Source of the DNA: Moraxellaceae bacterium
GTDB lineage: Bacteria > Pseudomonadota > Gammaproteobacteria > Pseudomonadales > Moraxellaceae
Assembly (NCBI GenBank): GCA_030146505.1
Contig: JASLCO010000079.1
Location: forward strand, 1 to 28,723
Length of the DNA stretch: 28,723 bases
Reading direction: 5' to 3'
Shown here: positions 17,123 to 25,477 of the stretch, one piece after another
How the letters are laid out: each line of letters starts with the position of its first letter
How positions within the stretch are numbered: the first letter of the stretch is position 1
The notes under the pieces: model-generated
The model's input: only the letters and a program-made list of their open reading frames with translations
What the model was told of the DNA's origin: nothing
The model's database searches: none
Position numbers and translations under genes: made by a program

Positions 17123-18268
17123 TCAGCGCGACCGGCGCATTTCCTTCCATTGCCGGAAGGGATACAGGAACTGGTCGACAAAACCCTGCGGCAGGGGCTG
17201 GCCACGCGTGCTGTATTTCTCCGGCAGGTGCCGTGGCATGTAGACAGTCCCGAACAGCTTGTCGTACAGCGGCAGGAAACCGGCATAGTTGATGTCCACG
17301 CCTTCATCCTGCGAGGTATGGTGCCAGTGGTGGAATTCCGGCGTGGCAATCACCCAGCGCAAGCCCGGAAAACGGAAACGCACATTGGCATGGATGAAAA
17401 TGGCATGAAAGGAAACAAAAACCAGATAGGCATAAACCGCCGCTGGCGCAAAACCCAGGATGAAAATGGGCAGATAGCCCAGCAGGCGATTGGCGACAAT
17501 TTCCAGAAAGTGAATGCGTGACGAGGCCAGCCAGTCCATCTGCTCGGTGGAGTGGTGCACGGCATGGATTTTCCACAGCCAGGGAATCTCGTGCATGCTG
17601 CGGTGCATCCAGTACGTGGTGAAATCCACCACGACCAGTATTTCCACGAACTGCAGCCAGACTGGCTGCGCGGCAATGGCGCGCTGGAAATCGGCATTGA
17701 TGAGCCAGGCAAAGAAATGCTGGGCCGGAATCACGGTGAAGAAGCTGATGAGCTGTATGCCGAGGTGGCTGAAGAGGAAATATTTCATGTCGGTCGTCCA
17801 GCCCCGGCGCAGGGTTTTCTGGGCCGGGCTCTTGGGAAAAAGCCGCTCCATCGGAATGAAAACCAGGGCCAGCACCAGCAGCGTCAGCACGAAATAATCA
17901 AGGCCGGCATAAAGGCTGCGCTGTGCCGGAATCGCACGCTCGGTTTCCATGCTGCCCAGTACCGCGGCCAGCGTGGTGAGCGCAAGTCCCGCCAGCCCCA
18001 GCCAGCGCGAACCCCCCTGCATCACGCTGTAGAAGCCAAAGGCGAAACCACTACCTATGCCCGCGAAGAGCAGGCCGCGCAGCAAGCGAGTGTTGTAGAG
18101 CGGCTGGAAATCCGGCGAGGTCAGAAGATCGGGAAAGAGGAAGCAGAGCGCCCCCATCACGCCCAGCAGGCCCAGCGCCACCGACAGCGTGCCGCTGATA
18201 CGGCCGCGGCCGGGGCTGAGATCGACCTCCTCGAAATTCTTGCGCAGGTATTCCGACATGCTTGTCAT
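17123..18268 (-). CDS. Sterol desaturase / fatty-acid hydroxylase family membrane protein
   Basis: His boxes HRSMH, HAVHH, FIHAN and FHHWHH, plus NYAG and DKLFGT; extra N-terminal TM region; start 18268 or 18259. Confidence 0.9.
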   Translation of the reverse strand: MTSMSEYLRKNFEEVDLSPGRGRISGTLSVALGLLGVMGALCFLFPDLLTSPDFQPLYNTRLLRGLLFAGIGSGFAFGFYSVMQGGSRWLGLAGLALTTLAAVLGSMETERAIPAQRSLYAGLDYFVLTLLVLALVFIPMERLFPKSPAQKTLRRGWTTDMKYFLFSHLGIQLISFFTVIPAQHFFAWLINADFQRAIAAQPVWLQFVEILVVVDFTTYWMHRSMHEIPWLWKIHAVHHSTEQMDWLASSRIHFLEIVANRLLGYLPIFILGFAPAAVYAYLVFVSFHAIFIHANVRFRFPGLRWVIATPEFHHWHHTSQDEGVDINYAGFLPLYDKLFGTVYMPRHLPEKYSTRGQPLPQGFVDQFLYPFRQWKEMRRSR

Positions 18269-18434
18269 CCGTTTCTGGCCGGCTCATGCCGGCAGAAAAC
18301 TCTAGCAAGCAGCTCCCGGCACCGCCTAGCGGCAGCCGGGGCAAAGTGTAAGGGCCTGTTCAGGGCTTCTGCCGGTTGGCCTGGCGCCAGAAGCGGAGGA
18401 CAGGGGGGATGAAAGGCACAGGAAGAAAAGGGAG

Positions 18435-18484
18435 AAAAAATATTTTCAGGCACTTAACCCTTTTTGCCGGGCGGCAGCGTTTAA
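18435..18484 (+). promoter_or_regulatory. Putative ECF promoter of the vWA operon
   Basis: AAAAAATATTTT UP-like tract, then TAACCC-N17-CGTTTAA. Confidence 0.55.
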
Positions 18485-18515
18485 CCCAGTGAACGACCAC
18501 CACCCGGAGAACACC

Positions 18516-20315
18516 GTGCCATTCCTACAAGGCAAAAAGCCTTCCCTCACCCTGCTGGCCTCCAGCCTGACACTGGCCCTGCTTGTCTCTGCCTGCGCGC
18601 AGCAGTCGCCGCAGGAAACCTTGCCGCCCCAGCCGCCGCAAGCAATGCAGCCTCCTCCCGCGCCCGTGGCGGCAGAAGCGGAGTTGCGCAGCCGCGCCGA
18701 AAAATCGCGGCACATGGAGGCCAAACGCATTGCCGGCTTCGTGGCAGGCAATATGGCCTATGCTCCCGCCCCCGCATCCGTGGCAGCGGATTTCGCCATG
18801 CCGCTCATGGAAGACCGCGAGAAATACCAGAACCTTTCCGACAATCCGGTCAAGCTCACCACGCAGGAAGCGCTGTCCACGCTCAGCCTGGATGTGGACA
18901 CGGGCAGCTACAGCAATGTACGGCGCTTCCTGAACCAGGGCCGCTTACCCCCGAAAGATGCCGTGCGTGTGGAAGAGCTGGTGAATTATTTTCCCTATGC
19001 CTATCCGGCCGCTACCGACGGTCACCCCTTCGGCGTGGGCACGGAAGTGACGCGCGCGCCCTGGAACCCGGACCACCTCCTGCTGCGCGTGGGCGTGAAG
19101 GCCGTGGAAAGCGGCGTAGCCGCCATGCCGCCGGCGAACCTGGTTTTCCTCGTGGACGTGTCCGGCTCCATGGAATCGCCCGACAAGCTGCCGCTGGTGC
19201 AGGCCTCGCTGAAGATGCTGACCGATCAGCTGCGGGCACAGGACCATGTGGCGCTGATCGTTTACGCCGGTCGCACGGCCGTGGAGCTGGAATCCACGCC
19301 GGGCAATGAAAAGGAAAAAATCCGCGCCGCGATTTCCCGGCTCACGGCAGGCGGTTCAACAGCCGGCGAAGCAGCGCTGCGCCTGGCTTATGAGCAGGCG
19401 CGCGCCGGCTATATCAAGGGCGGCATCAACCGCATCCTGCTGGCCACCGATGGCGACTTCAATGTGGGCGTGAGTGACATCGGCCAAATCAGAAGCATGG
19501 TGGAGCGCGAGCGCGAAAGCGGCATTTCCCTGAGCACGCTGGGCTTTGGCCAGGGCAATTACCAGGAAGCGCTGATGGAACAGATTGCCGACGCAGGCAA
19601 TGGCAATTACAGCTATATCGATTCGCTGGCCGAAGCGCGCAAGGTGCTGGTGGACGAGTTGTCTTCCACGTTCAACACCGTGGCCCGGGACGTGAAAGTG
19701 CAGCTTGAATTCAACCCGGCGCTGGTCGCGGAATGGCGTCTCATCGGCTATGAAAACCGTGTGCTGCGCGAAGAGGATTTCCGCAATGACAAGGTGGATG
19801 CCGGCGATGTGGGTGCCGGCAAGAGCGTGACGGCGCTGTATGAAATCACACCCGCGGGAGCCGCCACACTGCACAGCGAACGTCGCTACGGCAAGGCCGC
19901 CAGCACGGCAGCGGTGGCAGGCCGCACAGAGCTGGCCTTCCTGCGCATACGCTACAAGCAGGCGGAGGCCGGCCGCGCCACGGAACTGGCGCAAGCCATC
20001 AAGCGCCCGGATGCGGCCACGCTGGCACGCGCGCCTTCTGCCGACCTGCGTTTTGCCAGCGCCGTCGCCGCTTTTGGCCAGCTTTTGCGGCAATCACCCT
20101 ACACAGGTACATTCCGCTACGCCGACGTGCACGCACTGGCGCAGGATGCCGCCGCCGGCGACGCTTCAGGCTATCGTCAGGAATTCCTGAAACTGGTGGA
20201 CATGGCGGATACGCTTACACCTTCTTCTCCCCTGAAAAATCATCCCGATTTTTCAGGGAACGCCCACTCCGGCGCCTGTCCGGAACGGGCTTACGCGCAC
20301 TCATGCAGATCATGA
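18516..20315 (+). CDS. von Willebrand factor A domain lipoprotein (YfbK-like)
   Basis: Lipobox VSAC, STLSLDVDTGSYSNVRRFL, MIDAS DVSGS, LATDGDFNVG and RLIGYENR; GTG 18516 has a GGAGA RBS (ORF open from 18489). Confidence 0.9.
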   Translation: MPFLQGKKPSLTLLASSLTLALLVSACAQQSPQETLPPQPPQAMQPPPAPVAAEAELRSRAEKSRHMEAKRIAGFVAGNMAYAPAPASVAADFAMPLMEDREKYQNLSDNPVKLTTQEALSTLSLDVDTGSYSNVRRFLNQGRLPPKDAVRVEELVNYFPYAYPAATDGHPFGVGTEVTRAPWNPDHLLLRVGVKAVESGVAAMPPANLVFLVDVSGSMESPDKLPLVQASLKMLTDQLRAQDHVALIVYAGRTAVELESTPGNEKEKIRAAISRLTAGGSTAGEAALRLAYEQARAGYIKGGINRILLATDGDFNVGVSDIGQIRSMVERERESGISLSTLGFGQGNYQEALMEQIADAGNGNYSYIDSLAEARKVLVDELSSTFNTVARDVKVQLEFNPALVAEWRLIGYENRVLREEDFRNDKVDAGDVGAGKSVTALYEITPAGAATLHSERRYGKAASTAAVAGRTELAFLRIRYKQAEAGRATELAQAIKRPDAATLARAPSADLRFASAVAAFGQLLRQSPYTGTFRYADVHALAQDAAAGDASGYRQEFLKLVDMADTLTPSSPLKNHPDFSGNAHSGACPERAYAHSCRS

Positions 20316-20379
20316 GTGCGTGCGCGGCACCTCCCTGTGTCGCGGTCATCAATACTGACTCAAGGAAAAAAAGCGGGGC

Positions 20380-20931
20380 ATGTCCGGGACGAGTGACGAG
20401 GACCTGATGCTGGCTTTCCAGGCTGGCGATGCCGGCGCCTTCGATACGCTGTACCAGCGTCATCGCGGGCGCCTTTTCCGCTTCCTCGTACGCGAGGCCG
20501 GCAGCCGTGAAGCCGGCGAGGAAATCTACCAGGAAGCGTGGATGCGGCTGATACGGCAACGTGACAGCTATCGTGTCGAAGCGCAGTTTGGTACATGGCT
20601 GTATCGCATTGCCCACAGCTGCCTGATCGATCATCTGCGCAAGCGCGGCCGACTCTGGAAGCATGAGGAGACCACAGAAGACATGCCGGAAGCCGAAAGC
20701 TGCAGCCTCAGCCCGGAAGAGGAATGGGGCCGGCAGCTCACGGCGCAGGCCCTGAAAACCTGCATGGACGCCTTGCCGGCCGAACAGCGCGAGGTTTTCC
20801 TGCTGAAGGAGGAAAGCGGCTTCGGCCTGGCGGAAATTGCCGACATTGCCGGTATCAACATGGAAGCCGCCAAAAGCCGCCTGCGCTACGCCCTGAAGAA
20901 ATTGCGCCTCTGCCTGGAGGCTTTCGCATGA
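20380..20931 (+). CDS. ECF-type RNA polymerase sigma-70 factor
   Basis: SDEDLM..GDAGAFDTLYQRH, EIYQEAW, FGTWLYRIA and LPAEQREVFLL...AAKSRLRYA. Confidence 0.93.
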   Translation: MSGTSDEDLMLAFQAGDAGAFDTLYQRHRGRLFRFLVREAGSREAGEEIYQEAWMRLIRQRDSYRVEAQFGTWLYRIAHSCLIDHLRKRGRLWKHEETTEDMPEAESCSLSPEEEWGRQLTAQALKTCMDALPAEQREVFLLKEESGFGLAEIADIAGINMEAAKSRLRYALKKLRLCLEAFA

Positions 20932-21962
20932 ACCATGACGACATCGACAAGAACAGCGACCGGCATGTCGCCCAATTCCATGATCCGCAACTCCATGACG
21001 AGGCAATCAGCGCGCTTTACCGGCAGCTGCCGGATGAGACGCCCTCGTCCGGCACCGATGACCTGATACGCGCCACCGCACGCCGCGCTACCGGGTCTGC
21101 TCCGCAGAAAAAAGGGTTCACAGCCCGCCTGCAGGGCCTGCTGGCAACGGCCGCCATGCTGGTGCTGGGCGTAGCCCTGCTCGCGCAATGGCAGCGCGAG
21201 CCGGAAAAGCTGCAAGAGATGGTCGCCATGGCTCCGGCTCGGGAAAGCACGGCCACGCCGGAAGCTCCTGCACCCGCAGCCGCCCGCAAACCGTCACCGG
21301 TGCTTGCACCGGAAAAACGCAAGGCAGACAGCGCGGAAAAATTCCGGCACGAGAGCGGTACAACACCACGGACGGAGCCGGCGGCAAGGGATAGCGCCCG
21401 CCAAACCGCCATAGGCGCCGCACCAGCACCAACACCAGCACTACAACAGGAAGCCGCAGCCCCTGCCGCCGCGCCAGACCTTGCCCCGCCGGCACGGCTG
21501 GCCGAACGGGATGAAGCGGAACAGGCACAATTACGTCAGCGTGCGCGCCTGGAAGCGAGCCTGAAAAAAGAAAGGCTTGGTGAGAACAGCCAGCTTGCGG
21601 CCAGGAACCTGGCGGCAGCACCGGCAATCAGCATGGCCAGTCCGCTCCCCTATCAGCAAGCCATGCAGGAAGAACGCTGGCAGGACGCCGAAGCCTTGCT
21701 GGCGGCGGTAGACAAACCAGGCAATTCGCCGCAGGCGCTGGACGGCAAGCTGCTCGCCCTGCTGCAGGAAAAACCGGCTGTTCTTGATTGCCAGGCTTTC
21801 ACCGGTGGCGAGGCCCTGCTCTGCCGGTTCATGAGCCTGCACAAACAGGGCAAGCCACTGCCGGATGATGCACTGGCGCAACTGGAAAAGAGTGGAGCCG
21901 TATCAGGAGAGTTCGCTTACCGGCGGCAAGCCGTGGCAATGCTTTTCCCGGACATAAAGTAA
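20928..21962 (+). CDS. Putative single-TM anti-sigma factor
   Basis: ATGA overlap with the sigma gene and GGAGG RBS; P-x3-D-x2-I N-terminal segment, one TM (LLATAAMLVLGVALL), Ala/Pro linker and helical C-terminus. Confidence 0.72.
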   Translation: MNHDDIDKNSDRHVAQFHDPQLHDEAISALYRQLPDETPSSGTDDLIRATARRATGSAPQKKGFTARLQGLLATAAMLVLGVALLAQWQREPEKLQEMVAMAPARESTATPEAPAPAAARKPSPVLAPEKRKADSAEKFRHESGTTPRTEPAARDSARQTAIGAAPAPTPALQQEAAAPAAAPDLAPPARLAERDEAEQAQLRQRARLEASLKKERLGENSQLAARNLAAAPAISMASPLPYQQAMQEERWQDAEALLAAVDKPGNSPQALDGKLLALLQEKPAVLDCQAFTGGEALLCRFMSLHKQGKPLPDDALAQLEKSGAVSGEFAYRRQAVAMLFPDIK

Positions 21963-22037
21963 GAGGGCAAACCACATGCAGCGGCTTGGCCTTCCTCACT
22001 TTTCCACGCAAAAATTCATCCTCTTCTGCATGAAAGC

Positions 22038-22065
22038 AAAATCCCGCCGATGGCGGGATTTTTTT
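22038..22065. terminator. Bidirectional intrinsic terminator
   Basis: AAAATCCCGCC-GAT-GGCGGGATTTTTTT. Confidence 0.88.
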
Positions 22066-22074
22066 CACCGGTAT

Positions 22075-22467
22075 TCAGCGCCTGTCCTGATCCTGCAGGC
22101 GCTCTATCTTCACCACGAAACGGTTCTTGCCCGAGAGCCAGGAACCCACGGCCTGCAGCGCGGCAACAATGAACCAGGCACCCAGCGCCGCCCAGAAACC
22201 GTCCAGCGTGAAACCGGGCAATATCCAGGACACCAGGCCGAGCATGGCGGCGTTCACCACGAAGAGAAAAAGACCCAGGGTCAGAATGGTGGCCGGCAGG
22301 GTAAGCAGGATGAGCACAGGACGCACCACGGTATTGGCGATGCCCAACAGCAAGGCGGCCCAGAACAGCGTGGAATACTGCGTGACATGCACGCCATCCA
22401 GCCACAGCGAAGCCAGGCCAAGGCCGGCGGCACTGAGCAGGAGGCGCAGCAGCATCTGGTAGATCAT
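22075..22467 (-). CDS. 4-TM 'phage holin family' (YvlD/DUF360-like) membrane protein
   Basis: LGIANTVVRPVLILLTLPATILTLGLFLFVVNA and GFWAALGA; GGAG RBS before ATG 22467. Confidence 0.88.
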   Translation of the reverse strand: MIYQMLLRLLLSAAGLGLASLWLDGVHVTQYSTLFWAALLLGIANTVVRPVLILLTLPATILTLGLFLFVVNAAMLGLVSWILPGFTLDGFWAALGAWFIVAALQAVGSWLSGKNRFVVKIERLQDQDRR

Positions 22468-22515
22468 GTCGGACTCCGTTGATACACGACCTTCGCAAGA
22501 TGCTGCCGATGCGCC

Positions 22516-22553
22516 AAAAAACAAGGCCGCGTCTGTCGCGGCCCTGTTTTTTT
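22516..22553. terminator. Intrinsic terminator after the desaturase
   Basis: AAAAAACAAGGCCGCG-TCTGT-CGCGGCCCTGTTTTTTT, with A/T tails on both sides. Confidence 0.8.
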
Positions 22554-22567
22554 CCGGGGCAGACGGC

Positions 22568-23470
22568 TCAGGCCGACATGCGGGTCTGCGCGGGCATCCA
22601 GCGCGAGTGGCGGGGCAGGGGCAGCAGGCGCACATTGCCGCCCAGCGGCAAGGGCAGCGGCCGTTGCGAATGCCGGTAGCTGCAGGCCGAGAGCAGTACG
22701 GAGTTGCACACCATGCCGTCGGGGATGAGATGCGCCATCTGCGCATGCAGGGCCGGCAAGCGGCTCCAGTGCACATGCGGCTTCATGTGGTGGGCGGTGT
22801 GATAGCCGAGATTCCAGGAGATGAAGTTGTAGAGACGGCTGGTGGAGTTGCGCGAGGCGGTGTACTCGGAGGCAGTGTCGAGATCGGAATGCTGCATGTA
22901 GGTATTGTCGAGCAGGCCGAGATACATGACCGGCATGGGCGCCACGAAAAGGATCAGGGCCCGCACCGGGTCCAGTGCAATGAAAACACCCAGCACGGCC
23001 AGGCTCACCCCGCCCCACAGCTTGAAGCGGCGGAAGAGCTCGGGAAAGTCACGGCCTATGCGCCAGATTTCCGGATAGATGCGCAAGGCCCCGACCACGT
23101 CGTAACGGACGCGCGACATCACGCGGCCATCCGGCAGGCGCCAGTTGGCCGGGTCTTTTTCCTGGTCCAGGTAATCCCGGTGATGGCCAAGGTTGTGGTG
23201 CAGCGTCCAGGCATAGGGCGGGATGCCCACTTCCAGGAACATGATCACTTCGTAGATGCGGTTCATCCACGGTCGCGTGAACGTGGAAACATGGTGATGG
23301 TTGTGGGAAATGGAGCCCGGCATGGCCGAGATGCTGAGCAGGCCCAGCATGATGGCGGCCACCGCCCAGAGTGAGTCCACGAGGAAGAAAGTGCAAAGCT
23401 GTATGGCAAAAAGGCCAAGCACCACCAGACTGGGAGCAATGTCCTCCCGGTAACGATAAACGCCACGCAT
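22568..23470 (-). CDS. Membrane fatty-acid desaturase family protein
   Basis: His boxes HNHHH, HHNLGHH and NLGYHTAHH; TM segments. Confidence 0.88.
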   Translation of the reverse strand: MRGVYRYREDIAPSLVVLGLFAIQLCTFFLVDSLWAVAAIMLGLLSISAMPGSISHNHHHVSTFTRPWMNRIYEVIMFLEVGIPPYAWTLHHNLGHHRDYLDQEKDPANWRLPDGRVMSRVRYDVVGALRIYPEIWRIGRDFPELFRRFKLWGGVSLAVLGVFIALDPVRALILFVAPMPVMYLGLLDNTYMQHSDLDTASEYTASRNSTSRLYNFISWNLGYHTAHHMKPHVHWSRLPALHAQMAHLIPDGMVCNSVLLSACSYRHSQRPLPLPLGGNVRLLPLPRHSRWMPAQTRMSA

Positions 23471-23683
23471 CAGAAACCCCCTTCAGCCGGCTGTTCTTGT
23501 TATGTCCTTGTTGTGTGCAATCCTGCACGACCGGCGCGTTCTGCATGTTTAACCCGTTTTGCCTGCACACCCCAAGGCCATACGTCCGGAGACCAGCGCA
23601 TTCCGATGGCTTGATGCAGATCAAGACGATCGGGGCAGTCTATCCAGCACTATCGTGCCACCTCTCCCTGAAAACCCGTCCCC

Positions 23684-24487
23684 ATGAACAGTCCGCTACA
23701 ACTCTCCGCCGCCCGCGTGCTTTTCGACAACGGCGACCACAAATGCATCAGCTTTTCCTCCCTCGTCAAAGGCGAGGACGGCGTGCAGGCCAACCAGTTC
23801 CTCATCGTGCACAAGGGCCATGCCGCCGTCATCGACCCGGGCGGCGACCTCACCTATACCCCGCTCACCATCGAGCTTTCCAAGCATGTGAAGCTGCAGA
23901 ACCTGGACTATGTGATTGCCTCGCACCAGGACCCCGACATCATCTCCTCCATGCCACGCTGGCTCATGCACACGCCGGCCACCATCGTCGCCTCGAAACT
24001 GTGGGCACGCTTCCTCCCGCATCTGGCCTCCAGCTTCGTGACCGACCGCCTGAACGCGGACTTTTCCGAGCGCCTCATGGAACTGCCGGACAAGGGCGGC
24101 CACATCCCGCTGGGCGATACCGTCATCACGGCCGTGCCAGCCCACTTCCTGCATTCCGTGGGCAATTTCCAGTTCTATGACCCGGTATCGAAAATCCTCT
24201 TCTCCGGCGACATGGGCGCTTCGCTGGTGGACGATGCCCACGATCCGGTAACGGACTTCGATGCACACATCCCCACCATGCGCGGCTTCCACCAGCGCTA
24301 TATGTGCTCACGCCGCGTCATCCGCCTCTGGGCGGCCATGGTGCGGGAAATGGATGTAGCTATGATCGTGCCGCAGCACGGCCGGCCATTCGCAGGCCCC
24401 GCGATGATCCACCGCTTCCTGGACTGGGTGAGCGGGCTGGAATGCGGCATAGACCTGCTGACACAGCTGGATTACCGCTGCCCCTGA
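23684..24487 (+). CDS. MBL-fold di-iron protein (ODP / FprA N-terminal-like)
   Basis: QANQFLI, IDPGG, SHQDPD, AHFLHS, LFSGD and PQHG; no flavodoxin domain. Confidence 0.85.
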   Translation: MNSPLQLSAARVLFDNGDHKCISFSSLVKGEDGVQANQFLIVHKGHAAVIDPGGDLTYTPLTIELSKHVKLQNLDYVIASHQDPDIISSMPRWLMHTPATIVASKLWARFLPHLASSFVTDRLNADFSERLMELPDKGGHIPLGDTVITAVPAHFLHSVGNFQFYDPVSKILFSGDMGASLVDDAHDPVTDFDAHIPTMRGFHQRYMCSRRVIRLWAAMVREMDVAMIVPQHGRPFAGPAMIHRFLDWVSGLECGIDLLTQLDYRCP

Positions 24488-24494
24488 GCGCCGG

Positions 24495-24528
24495 ATCATC
24501 CAGGGATTTCCGCTGGCGCGGACATGAC
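24495..24528 (+). repeat. Degenerate half copy of the family D element
   Basis: ATCATCCAGGGATTTCCGCTGGCGCGGACATGAC resembles right arm GATTCCCGCTTGCGCGCGAATGAC. Confidence 0.5.
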
Positions 24529-24664
24529 ACCGCCTTTTGTCAGGCAGCCCCGTTGCAGTGGCCCGGACAAGCATGCTCCCGGGCCACTTGCATTCCCGCA
24601 CTCGACATCGCCAGCGGCATGGGCAGAATCGGCCTTTCCGCCGAACCGCCCCGACGAGGAAGGC

Positions 24665-25168
24665 ATGTCCGCATCCCGCCTGCTTGCCCATCTTTTCCAT
24701 ACCCCGCTGGCCACGCGCCGGGCCTTTCCCGCGACCGTGCAGGAAGCCATACGCCAGGCCATTACGGCCGGCGAACAGACCCATCGCGGTGAAATCCGCT
24801 TCGTGGTGGAAGGCGACTGGCCGCTGGGAGATGTCTGGCGCGGCAAGAACGTGCGCGACCGCGCCCTGGAAATCTTCGGCCTGGCGCGAGTCTGGGACAC
24901 GGCCGAAAACACCGGCCTGCTGGTCTATGTGCTGCTGTGCGAGCACCGCGTGGAAATCCTGGCCGACCGCGGCCTGCACGAAGCCGCCCCCGAAGGCAGT
25001 TGGGATGCGCTCTGCGCAGAAACCGTTGACCATTTCCACGAAGGACGCTTCGAGGCCGGCAGCCTGGCCGCCATGGCACGCATCAACGCCCTGCTGCGGC
25101 AGCATTTCCCGGCCGGCGCCGAAGGCAATCCCAATGAATTGCCGGATGCGCCCATCGTGCTGCGCTGA
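24665..25168 (+). CDS. TPM (DUF477) domain protein
   Basis: EQTHRGEIRFVVE, VWDTAENTGLLVY, EILADRG and NPNELPD; GAGGA RBS. Confidence 0.88.
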   Translation: MSASRLLAHLFHTPLATRRAFPATVQEAIRQAITAGEQTHRGEIRFVVEGDWPLGDVWRGKNVRDRALEIFGLARVWDTAENTGLLVYVLLCEHRVEILADRGLHEAAPEGSWDALCAETVDHFHEGRFEAGSLAAMARINALLRQHFPAGAEGNPNELPDAPIVLR

Positions 25169-25234
25169 TGCCGTGATCTGTGAGGAAGTTTGAGGCTGGC
25201 TTGTGCCGTCTTCTTTTCAAAACCCCAAAAACAT

Positions 25235-25364
25235 CGTCATTCCCGCGCAAGCGGAACAAAAACCCGAAGGGTATTGAACAGCCGCAGGCTGGTGAGCCAC
25301 GCGAATAATCTCCGGAATCTACACAGGCTGGTTCCTGAAAGATTTCCGCTTGCACGGAAAGGGC
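25235..25364. repeat. Composite palindromic element, family D with internal cassette, copy 2
   Basis: Left arm CGTCATTCCCGCGCAAGCGG; internal ATTGAACAGCCGCAGGCTGG; degenerate right arm GATTTCCGCTTGCACGGAAAGGGC. Confidence 0.8.
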
Positions 25365-25377
25365 ACCGGCCAAGCCC

Positions 25378-25443
25378 GCAGGGGCGAATTCATTCGCACA
25401 TGACACCCGAACCCAAACCCCGTGCGAATGGATTCACACCTGC
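25378..25443. repeat. REP-like doublet, family B
   Basis: GCAGGGGCGAATTCATTCGCAC ... GTGCGAATGGATTCACACCTGC, an imperfect inverted pair. Confidence 0.75.
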
Positions 25444-25477
25444 ACCGTTACGGCGGAAAATCGCCCGGGCAGCGCCA

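Noticed and set aside
18489..18515. Leaderless start of the vWA gene at GTG 18489
   Set aside because: The in-frame GTG 18516 has a GGAGA RBS and gives a normal-length lipoprotein signal peptide
23549..23586. TTAACCCG upstream of the ODP-like gene as a second vWA-type ECF promoter
   Set aside because: No CGT at 16-17 nt spacing
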